Assembly: GCA_964471275.1 (NCBI GenBank)
Contig: CAYYGZ010000006.1
Location: 1 to 46,259, forward strand
Direction: 5' to 3'
DNA: 46,259 nucleotides
Origin: an uncultured bacterium
GTDB taxonomy: Bacteria > Latescibacterota > UBA2968
Positions 38,705-46,200 of the stretch are shown here, one piece after another. The position numbers and the translations under genes are program-made. A model generated the notes under the pieces. It did no database searches and had not been told where the DNA came from. It saw only the letters and a program-made list of their open reading frames with translations. Positions within the stretch are counted from its first letter, which is position 1. The number at the start of each line of letters is the position of its first letter.

Positions 38705-41700
38705 TCACGTCCCCCCTGAGTTGCGGTCGATCGGCAGGATGATCCGAATGGTCGTTCCCTCACCCACCACACTTTCTGCCTCTATCTGACCTCCGTGGTC
38801 CTCCACGATCTGTTTTGAAATCACAAGCCCCAATCCTGTCCCGTATGTCTTGGTCGTGAAGAAGGGGCTGAATATCTGGTCCAGATTCTTTGGCTTTATG
38901 CCTGCACCGGTGTCCCGGATCTCGATGCAGGCCATTCGGTTATCATCGTCGATCAGGCGCTGGGTGGACAACGACACGGTTCCCCCCGCAGCCGTCGCCT
39001 GAGCCGCATTCTGAGCGATATTCAGACAGACCTGCTTCATCTGCGCGATGTCAATCGGGAATGCTGGGATCGCTGGGTCGCACGTGCCCTCGAGTTCCAG
39101 GCCAGTCGCCGATTCATCCTTCCGAAGCATCGTGCGGACCTCTTCAATCAGCGAGTTCAGGTCTCCGGGCGCAAGGACAGGTTTTGTCGGTTTGGTGAAG
39201 CTGAGTGTATCGCGAAGTAGATTCTCCAGCCGAGTCACCTCATCACTGATGATCGCGGCGCCCGCCTCGACCCGTTCCGGGTCTGGTTTACAACGTATTG
39301 ATCGCGCAAATCCACCGATCGTTGCCAACGGGTTGCGAATCTCGTGGGCGATCCGCGCCGACATCTGCCCGATTACGGCCAGACGTTCCGACTGAACCAA
39401 CTCCTCCTGCGTGCGCTCGAGTGCAGCGACTTTTTCCTGCAGTTCGTGGTAAAGCTCTGCGTTCTCGAGCGCCATTGCGGCGTGGCTCGCGAAAGTCGTC
39501 AGCAGATCGACGCTGTCGTCTGTGATCGGTGCTCCGCTGTAGAGGTTGTCAGCGAGAATGATCCCGATCGTCTTGTCACGCGTTGTCAGGGGGACGGCCA
39601 CAAAATGGTGGGTCCCCAGGGCGGACCATAGCGTCGGGCTGATCGACAGGGCGTCCTCCTCGGTCACACGGAAGGTCTGCTGCTCGCGTATGGCGCGCAC
39701 CAGGACGTCGTCTTCCTCTTCGAGCGGTATGCGGATACCGCGCACGGCCGCCGTCAACGGGGTTTCGACGTGTTCCGGGTCTGCATCGTACTCGTCAAGA
39801 ATGTCATCGACAGACGGGTTCTGCTGACCAAGCTCCTGCCAGATGCGGGAAGCTTCATCAGGGCTGGAGGGTCCGACGCCGATTCGGCCTTCCAGGTGCC
39901 CGTCATCTGCGTTTACGAGCAGAAGGACCGCGCGGTTGAACCTGAGTGCCGTGCCTGCCGTGACACACGTGAGGATCGCATAGAGCAATCGATCGAGGTC
40001 CAGTATGCCCTGCATCACCTGAACGACCCGCCGGAGAAGCGACGATTCATAGGCTTTATCGATGATTTCGGTTATGTCGCTGATCACCACGAGTGCTAGA
40101 GGAGGGCCGTCCTGAGTCAGCACCCGTGTGATGCGTATGTCGATGGTGCGGTTCTCGAACGCTCCGCGAGGTACTGTGATGCCCTCGAGGGAGATAGGAT
40201 CACCCGTCTGAAGGGCTTCGTCTAGAGCTGCTCTCCCGATGTCACCGAGCAGGAAGGAATCCGGGACAACCTCGGTCAGCAGACGTCCATCCAGATTGCC
40301 CGATTCAATCTCCTGATGATCGCAGTAGGCCTGGTTGGCGGTCGCAACTGTCAGGTCCGGCTGGAGCAAGAGGATCGGAAGCGGCGTGTGCTGGAGTACG
40401 TGCTCGCTGAAGTCCTTGAGCTGGAGCGTTTCCTGGTAGAGCTGGGCATTGTGGATGACCCAGGCGGCCTGATCCGCGAGGATCTGGAGTGATGCCATGT
40501 CAGATTCGTCGAAGACATCGACTTCGGCCGTTTGCACGTCGAGGGCGCCGATCACCTGGGTGCCCATCTTGATCGGTACGCAGAGCTCCGCCCCCGTACC
40601 CTCCTCTTCGGGAAAGGCGACGATTCGCCTGGGCTCATCTTTGACGTTGTTCGCGACGATGGGATGGCCGGTCGCGACCACGTTGCCAACGATCCCCGTC
40701 CCCCACGGCTGCTCGTAACCGATCGAAAAGAAGGGCTCATAGGCCCCTGATTGCGCGTGCATGACAAGAGACTGGTTGTCGACCAGAAACAGTATCGTGT
40801 GGTGGTAGCTGAAGTGGCTATTTACGGCGCGGACCACGCGATCGAAGATTTCATCGGGTTCGAGCGTCGACAGTGCCAGTTGCGCGACCTGGTTGACGAT
40901 CGAGAAGTGAGCGGTACGTTTACGTTCCCTGTTCAGCAGCCGTGCGATTTCATCGTTGTTCTGTCTGAGCCGTGTCTCGGCAGCGACCTGGTCACTGATG
41001 TCGGACACGACAGCAAAGCTCCCCACGTGACGGTTCTCACCGTCGTGGAGTGGCGCTCCTGATACGCGAACAGGGATGAGCGGGCCGTTCTTGTGTTTGA
41101 TCCGCGTGGTAAAGGTCGATGATTCGCCGCGACGACGTCTCCCGAGCTGGGTCCGCACTTCGGCGATGTTCTCCGGTGGATAGAGCGTGTAGACATGCCT
41201 GCCGACCATCTCATTCCGGGTGTAGCCGGTTACACGTTCCATCTCGCGGTTGAAGGTGGTGATAGTTTCGAGGTTGTCGACCGAGATCAAGCCTTCATTC
41301 ATCGTGTCGAGCAGGGTCTGAAGTCGGTCCTGGTCGAACCCCAGCACCTTTCGCTGTCCCCGTTCCAGAGATCGGATCTCATCGTGTCTCTTCTCGTGCG
41401 TGAATTGGGCGAGCCGGATCAGCATCTCGTCAAAGGCGGCGTAGAGGGCGGCGATAGATAGATCGGTTTCACCAACCTCGAGCGAGTCCTTGGTGAAACG
41501 TATCGTGACCTGCTTGAGTGCCAACAGAAAGCGGCATGTTGCGTCAGGTGTCAGACCTTCGGTAACGCGATCCCGGACAGCTCGTCTGAGAATGAGGTAG
41601 TCTTCCTGGTTTCGGAGCTGGTCAACAACAGCCTGGAAGAGACCTTGAAGGAGGGATTCGGGTGGGTTGGCTTCCTCAAGATCCTCACGGACCCTCAGGA

Positions 41701-41821
41701 TTCTGGAAGTCGAGATCTCTTCTGACCACGCGAGGATCAGACGGTCTTCCTCTGCGGACAGGAGGTCCGCGATGTCAGCGATTGTGGCGTGCGCTGTGTT
41801 TGGGGTCGGTGACGTGTCCAT
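38705..41821 (-). CDS. Soluble multidomain sensor histidine kinase (N-terminal unknown region, PAS, GAF, PAS-like, GAF, HisKA, HATPase_c)
   Basis: H-box AHEIRNPL, N/G boxes (NIAQNAAQA, DTGAGI, GTGLGL), one clear PAS (NEGLISVD...FNREMERVTGY) and two GAF-like segments. No TM helix is evident. The first ATG (41821, GGAG upstream) is used; the ORF-track start at 42052 would overlap the divergent gene. Confidence 0.85.
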   Translation of the reverse strand: MDTSPTPNTAHATIADIADLLSAEEDRLILAWSEEISTSRILRVREDLEEANPPESLLQGLFQAVVDQLRNQEDYLILRRAVRDRVTEGLTPDATCRFLLALKQVTIRFTKDSLEVGETDLSIAALYAAFDEMLIRLAQFTHEKRHDEIRSLERGQRKVLGFDQDRLQTLLDTMNEGLISVDNLETITTFNREMERVTGYTRNEMVGRHVYTLYPPENIAEVRTQLGRRRRGESSTFTTRIKHKNGPLIPVRVSGAPLHDGENRHVGSFAVVSDISDQVAAETRLRQNNDEIARLLNRERKRTAHFSIVNQVAQLALSTLEPDEIFDRVVRAVNSHFSYHHTILFLVDNQSLVMHAQSGAYEPFFSIGYEQPWGTGIVGNVVATGHPIVANNVKDEPRRIVAFPEEEGTGAELCVPIKMGTQVIGALDVQTAEVDVFDESDMASLQILADQAAWVIHNAQLYQETLQLKDFSEHVLQHTPLPILLLQPDLTVATANQAYCDHQEIESGNLDGRLLTEVVPDSFLLGDIGRAALDEALQTGDPISLEGITVPRGAFENRTIDIRITRVLTQDGPPLALVVISDITEIIDKAYESSLLRRVVQVMQGILDLDRLLYAILTCVTAGTALRFNRAVLLLVNADDGHLEGRIGVGPSSPDEASRIWQELGQQNPSVDDILDEYDADPEHVETPLTAAVRGIRIPLEEEDDVLVRAIREQQTFRVTEEDALSISPTLWSALGTHHFVAVPLTTRDKTIGIILADNLYSGAPITDDSVDLLTTFASHAAMALENAELYHELQEKVAALERTQEELVQSERLAVIGQMSARIAHEIRNPLATIGGFARSIRCKPDPERVEAGAAIISDEVTRLENLLRDTLSFTKPTKPVLAPGDLNSLIEEVRTMLRKDESATGLELEGTCDPAIPAFPIDIAQMKQVCLNIAQNAAQATAAGGTVSLSTQRLIDDDNRMACIEIRDTGAGIKPKNLDQIFSPFFTTKTYGTGLGLVISKQIVEDHGGQIEAESVVGEGTTIRIILPIDRNSGGT

Positions 41822-42037
41822 CGCTCCATCGGTGTACAAGACCGGGTTGAATCTCTTCTTATGTATCCAATATACACGATGGCTGGCCCTGTGGGTACGC
41901 AAGCATCGATCGGAATCGAGATTTAACTGCAATTTAACACGGTGGGCGCCATCTTGCTTTTGCTCACCGGCTGGCTTAGGTTTTGATCGCCGATCTGCCA
42001 GCAAATCGACCGGTATTCCCCGAACGAAGGCGCTTCC

Positions 42038-43114
42038 GTGGCAATCACGCAATCCGACCAGAGCAAGACCGTTCTTGAGAGCTTGGGCGAAGGAATCATC
42101 GCCTTCGATGCCACTCGTGTCGCCGTGGTTGCCAACACCTACGCCTCCGACCTGATGGGCTGGGCCGGTACGATCGAAGGCGAGGGGGCGGGGGATCTGC
42201 TGGCGCGTCTACCCGATGTCCTCGATCTGATCGAACGTGCCCTGAACCGGCAGGAGTATGTCACTCACCAGGATGTCGTAGTCCCCGAAGACGGGGCCTC
42301 GCAACGCCATCTGCGTATCAGCACGTCATCGATCGATTTTGGTGACACAATCGGGGTCGTGCTTGTGATTCGGGATGTATCGGACGTGAAGCGCTTGGAG
42401 CGCGAGATCTTCCAATCTGAGAAGATGACAGCACTGGGTAGGCTGGCCGCTTCTGTCGCACACGAGGTCCGCAACCCGTTGGGCGCCGTGAACCTCCAGC
42501 TACAACTGCTGGAGGAGGATGCGATCGAGATGCCCGAACCGGAACGGGCACGTCTGACCCGTCGGCTGATCATCGCCAATGCCGAGATCAAACGTCTCGA
42601 TCGCATCGTCGGTAACTTTCTGCGGTTCTCGCGTGCCCCTCAGGTTCGATCCGAGCGTCTCTTCCTGAACGACGTGGTCAGCCGGGTGTTCGAGTTGCTG
42701 ACACCCGAAGCACGCGACCAGGAAGTCAGCCTTGTGCTCGATCTTGCGAGCGGCGTTCCGTCGGTGCACGGTGACGAAGGACAGCTGGCTCAGGCGGTCC
42801 TGAACATCGCAGTCAACGCCTTTCAGGCAATCCGGGGGAGCGGTAGGGTGAGGGCCTCGACCCGGCGGGATGCCTCCGGGCTTGTCGTGCTCTCGATCGA
42901 GGATGATGGGAGCGGTATTCAGGCACCCGACATCGACCGGGTCTTCGAGCTCTATTACACGACGAAGGATGAGGGCACCGGTCTGGGGTTGTCCATTGCA
43001 CAGCGGATCGTGTATGAGCACGGGGGTAGGATCGATGTGGAAAGCAAATTCGGGGAAGGCACGACCTTCTCTATCTACCTGCCGGTAACGGTGGAAGAGA
43101 GCGACCTTGGCTGA
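42038..43114 (+). CDS. Cytoplasmic PAS-domain sensor histidine kinase (NtrB/AtoS-like)
   Basis: N-terminal PAS (LESLGEGIIAFD), H-box AHEVRNPL and HATPase boxes (NIAVNAFQA, DDGSGI, GTGLGL). GTG start has GAAGG upstream. The gene overlaps the activator gene by 8 nt. Confidence 0.85.
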   Translation: MAITQSDQSKTVLESLGEGIIAFDATRVAVVANTYASDLMGWAGTIEGEGAGDLLARLPDVLDLIERALNRQEYVTHQDVVVPEDGASQRHLRISTSSIDFGDTIGVVLVIRDVSDVKRLEREIFQSEKMTALGRLAASVAHEVRNPLGAVNLQLQLLEEDAIEMPEPERARLTRRLIIANAEIKRLDRIVGNFLRFSRAPQVRSERLFLNDVVSRVFELLTPEARDQEVSLVLDLASGVPSVHGDEGQLAQAVLNIAVNAFQAIRGSGRVRASTRRDASGLVVLSIEDDGSGIQAPDIDRVFELYYTTKDEGTGLGLSIAQRIVYEHGGRIDVESKFGEGTTFSIYLPVTVEESDLG

Positions 43115-44474
43115 AGATGTACGTGCACGAATCCTCGTGGCGGATGATGAATACAACATCCGCGAAGGTCTGAAGGAAGGGCTGGAACGGGAGAACTATG
43201 CTGTCGATACGGCGGAGGATGGCGGCGAGGCGCTCGAGCGGATACGGAGTGGGAAGTACCAGGCCGGGATCTTCGACCTCAAGATGCCCAGAATCGATGG
43301 TCTCTCCCTGATTGGCAAGGTCCGGGAAGTCTCCCCCGAAACGGGTGTCATCCTGGTGACTGCCTTTGGTGACGTGGCTTCTGCCGTGGAGGCAATGCGG
43401 CACGGGGCCTACGACTATCTGACCAAACCTGTCGATCTCAAACGGTTGCGTCTATCGCTCCAGCATCTTCTAGAGCATCAGGCGCTGATCGCGGAGAACA
43501 GGGAACTGCGAGCGAAGCTGGGTCCCTCTGAGGCGATCGATCTGATCGTCCGGCGCAGCGCTGTCATGCAGGCGGTGATGGACACGATCGAGCAAGCCGC
43601 AACGACTGATGTGCCCGTACTGATACGTGGAATGACAGGCACAGGGAAGGAACTGGTGGCCCGTGCGATCCATCAACGGTCGAAACGGGCGGAGCAATCA
43701 CTGATCTCCGTCAACTGCGGGGCTATTCCCGAGTCCCTGTTCGAGAGCGAGTTCTTCGGTTACACGCGCGGCGCCTTCACTGGCGCGAACACAGACAAGG
43801 ATGGTATGCTAGCGGCCGCACAGGGCGGCACTCTCTTTCTGGATGAGGTCGGTGAGATCCCGCCGCAGAATCAGGCTGACCTGCTGCGTGTGCTCGAAGA
43901 CCGCAAGTATTCTAGGATCGGCTCGACGGTTTCGGTGACACTCGATGCCCGCGTGATTTTTGCGACCAATCGGGATCTGGAGAAAGAGGTACAGGAGGGG
44001 CGGTTCCGGGAAGATCTCTACTACCGAATCAACGTGGTGCCCGTTCGGCTTCCACCACTGCGCGATCGACGCGAGGATATTCCGTTTCTCGTGGAGACGT
44101 TTCTGGAGGAGCTCTGCGCACTTCACCACAAGGAACGGAAGCGTCTGACTGAAGAGGCGATGGAGCGCATTCTGGACTACCCGTGGCCGGGGAATGTGCG
44201 AGAACTCAAGAACGCGATCGAGCGGGTTGTGGTGACCTGCAAAGATCGAGATGTGGCACCTGATGCCCTGCCGGCCCGTGTTCAGGATGCTCCCCGGGTG
44301 CCCGAATCCCTCCAGGTCGAGTTGGGCGGATCGATTGCCGATGCGGAAGCCGCATTAATCCAGGCCACACTCGCACACGTGACGTCCAACCGGAAGAAGG
44401 CCGCTGAGATTCTGGGAATCAGCGTCAGGAGTCTGCAATATAAGCTGAAAGAGTTGCAGAAGGGTGAGGGGTAG
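43107..44474 (+). CDS. Sigma-54-dependent Fis-family response regulator (NtrC-type enhancer-binding protein)
   Basis: Receiver (VADDE...FDLKMPRIDG), AAA+ core with Walker A GMTGTGKE, the sigma-54 contact loop GAFTGA, ESEFFGY, and a C-terminal Fis-type HTH (NRKKAAEILGISVRSLQYKLK). Confidence 0.9.
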   Translation: MAEDVRARILVADDEYNIREGLKEGLERENYAVDTAEDGGEALERIRSGKYQAGIFDLKMPRIDGLSLIGKVREVSPETGVILVTAFGDVASAVEAMRHGAYDYLTKPVDLKRLRLSLQHLLEHQALIAENRELRAKLGPSEAIDLIVRRSAVMQAVMDTIEQAATTDVPVLIRGMTGTGKELVARAIHQRSKRAEQSLISVNCGAIPESLFESEFFGYTRGAFTGANTDKDGMLAAAQGGTLFLDEVGEIPPQNQADLLRVLEDRKYSRIGSTVSVTLDARVIFATNRDLEKEVQEGRFREDLYYRINVVPVRLPPLRDRREDIPFLVETFLEELCALHHKERKRLTEEAMERILDYPWPGNVRELKNAIERVVVTCKDRDVAPDALPARVQDAPRVPESLQVELGGSIADAEAALIQATLAHVTSNRKKAAEILGISVRSLQYKLKELQKGEG

Positions 44475-44518
44475 TGCAAATTTTGCGCTAACTCCGATTT
44501 TCTGCGTGCAAAAATTGC
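44474..44518 (+). promoter_or_regulatory. Tandem palindromic upstream activator sites (candidate binding sites of the adjacent NtrC-type activator)
   Basis: GTGCAAATTTTGC (44474-44486) and GTGCAAAAATTGC (44506-44518) match at 11 of 13 positions. Each contains a dyad (GCAAA-T-TTTGC; TGCAA-AAA-TTGCA). Their centres are 32 bp apart and lie ~105-140 bp upstream of the -24/-12 element. Confidence 0.5.
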
Positions 44519-44554
44519 ATAAAACCGACTCTGTTTATGTGTGTCTTGCCTCGG

Positions 44555-44570
44555 TGTGAAAAGTGTCACA
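44555..44570 (+). promoter_or_regulatory. Perfect CRP-type palindrome TGTGA-N6-TCACA
   Basis: TGTGAAAAGTGTCACA lies between the upstream activator sites and the sigma-54 promoter and is followed by an AT-rich tract. Confidence 0.4.
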
Positions 44571-44618
44571 TCGATAATTTTTCTATAAACAGTAAGTTAC
44601 GTCATGCCCCGGATTGTG

Positions 44619-44634
44619 TGGCATCCTCGTTGCT
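44619..44634 (+). promoter_or_regulatory. Sigma-54 (-24/-12) promoter
   Basis: TGGCATCCTCGTTGCT against consensus TGGCAC-N5-TTGCW. GG (44620-21) and GC (44632-33) are separated by exactly 10 nt. It sits downstream of an enhancer-binding-protein gene and upstream of the next ORF. Confidence 0.7.
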
Positions 44635-44706
44635 ACTTATTCAGACAACCTGGACGGCGGCACGGTCTGATTCTGTAAATCGGCATCCCTTGGCGGTTTT
44701 CACAGG

Positions 44707-45276
44707 ATGGCTTCGCTGGCTCCGGGGAGAACGATGCAATATTTGCACAAGGTATACCAGGGAGTCGTGTGGATGGGGTATGATTCTTTCAATGAGGCCT
44801 ATTTGGCGGGCATATCGGCGAGCACTGTGGGTCTAAAGGATCGGATTGATCCTCAGGTGATGGTACCGGATCTCAAGTCCGGCGACCGCATCGGGGCAAT
44901 CAAGGAACTCGTGGACAGAATGCACCTCGCAGGTTGGGTGGACGACAGTCTGAGCTTTCTGCAGTCCGTCCTGGTTCGGGAGGATCTGGAGAGCACCGTC
45001 GTTACGGAAGGCGTCGCCTTTCCTCACGCCCGGTGCCACGCCGTCAAACGTCTTGGGGCAGCGGTGGGTGTCTCCCGTCAGGGCGTGCGATTCGGGGGGC
45101 AGGGCGAGCCGGTCCACGTCGTTTGTCTGCTGGGCGTTCCGACCAGCAACTCGGACGCGTATTTGCCGCTTCTCGCCCATGTGAGTCAGACTTTTGATGA
45201 TCGAGCATTCACAGAGTGTCTGTTGGAGTGCTCGTCCAGCGAACATATGTATCGCACGATTCGAGCGGCTCTCTAG
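44707..45276 (+). CDS. PTS EIIA type-2 domain protein (EIIA-Ntr/PtsN-like)
   Basis: The pattern VMVPDLKSGDRIGAIKELVDRM...VLVREDLESTVVTEGVAFPHAR...PVHVVCLLGVP...YLPLLAHVSQTFDD fits PTS_EIIA_2, with the phosphorylatable His in AFPHA. The stop is secure but the start is uncertain: ATG 44707, ATG 44734 (GGGGAGA, 3 nt), ATG 44773 (GGAG within AGGGAG, 8 nt) or GTG 44827, which would give a typical ~150-aa PtsN. Confidence 0.8.
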   Translation: MASLAPGRTMQYLHKVYQGVVWMGYDSFNEAYLAGISASTVGLKDRIDPQVMVPDLKSGDRIGAIKELVDRMHLAGWVDDSLSFLQSVLVREDLESTVVTEGVAFPHARCHAVKRLGAAVGVSRQGVRFGGQGEPVHVVCLLGVPTSNSDAYLPLLAHVSQTFDDRAFTECLLECSSSEHMYRTIRAAL

Positions 45277-45316
45277 CCGCTCATCATGCAGGATTATATT
45301 ATCAGGAGGTTGGCCT

Positions 45317-46168
45317 TTGGCAGGTATCACGATTCAAGATAGCGAGTCGCTTGACCTTTATCTCCGCGACATCTCCTCATCCAAGCCACTTTCCGGGCCG
45401 GAAGAGATCGAACTTGCCCGTCTTATCAAGAAGGGCAATCAGCGTGCGAGAGACCAGCTGGTCTCGGCCAACCTTCGTTTTGTCGTGAGCGTCGCTCGCG
45501 AGTATCAGAACCATGGCGTCCCACTCTCTGACCTGATCAGCGCCGGCAACGTCGGCCTGATGACGGCAGCCGAACGTTTTGACGGGGCACGTGGCTTCAA
45601 GTTTATCTCTTACGCTGTCTGGTGGATCCGCCAGGCCATTCATCAGAGTTTGGCTCAGGATTCACGCGTGGTACGTCTGCCGATCAACCGAATTGACCTG
45701 CTGCATAATATCTCCAAGATTTCGCGCGAGCTGCGTCAGAACACGGAGAAAGAGCCGGAGCCAGAAGTGATTGCCAAGGAGCTGGGTGTGTCCGAAGAGA
45801 TGGTAAAGGATACGATGATGCGGGCCCGGGACGTCTGGTCGCTTGATGCTTCGTTCAAGGAAGACGACGATCACAGCCTGATGAACATCCTGCCCGATAC
45901 CAGTCAGCAGGCGCCTGATACGGAGGTTGTCGAGGATTCTGTCAAGATTCAGGTGGAAGAGGTCCTGGAGTCGCTGGACGCGCGCGAGCAGGAAGTTCTG
46001 CGCCTGTATTTCGGTCTGGGAGATGACGAACCGATGACGCTGGAGGAGATCGGTGTTCGATTCAACTTGACCCGTGAGCGTGTACGTCAGATCAAGGAGA
46101 AGGCGCTTCGCCGACTCAGGCACCCTAGGCGTCGGGTGCTTCTGGAGCCCCTGATGGAGCCAGTGTAG
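45317..46168 (+). CDS. rpoD: Sigma-70 family RNA polymerase sigma factor, short RpoD-like form (regions 1.2, 2, 3, 4)
   Basis: ANLRFVVSVAREYQNHGVPLSDLISAGNVGLMTAAERFD, RGFKFISYAVWWIRQAI and LTRERVRQIKEKALRRLR. It is very similar by recall to the ~285-aa primary sigma of Bacteroidetes-type bacteria. The TTG start at 45317 follows AGGAGG by 6 nt; the ORF-track start at 45194 overlaps the preceding gene. I cannot tell from this window whether it is the primary sigma or a paralog. Confidence 0.85.
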   Translation: MAGITIQDSESLDLYLRDISSSKPLSGPEEIELARLIKKGNQRARDQLVSANLRFVVSVAREYQNHGVPLSDLISAGNVGLMTAAERFDGARGFKFISYAVWWIRQAIHQSLAQDSRVVRLPINRIDLLHNISKISRELRQNTEKEPEPEVIAKELGVSEEMVKDTMMRARDVWSLDASFKEDDDHSLMNILPDTSQQAPDTEVVEDSVKIQVEEVLESLDAREQEVLRLYFGLGDDEPMTLEEIGVRFNLTRERVRQIKEKALRRLRHPRRRVLLEPLMEPV

Positions 46169-46200
46169 ACCGCTTCTCCGGGCCCTTCAGGGTCTGTCCT

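Noticed and set aside
44537-44836. A 99-aa ORF (MCVLPRCEKCHIDNF...) spanning the sigma-54 promoter region.
   Set aside because: It begins inside the regulatory spacer upstream of the predicted transcription start and overlaps the EIIA-like gene in another frame. It has no RBS, and the Cys-rich start is not part of any recognisable zinc-finger spacing.
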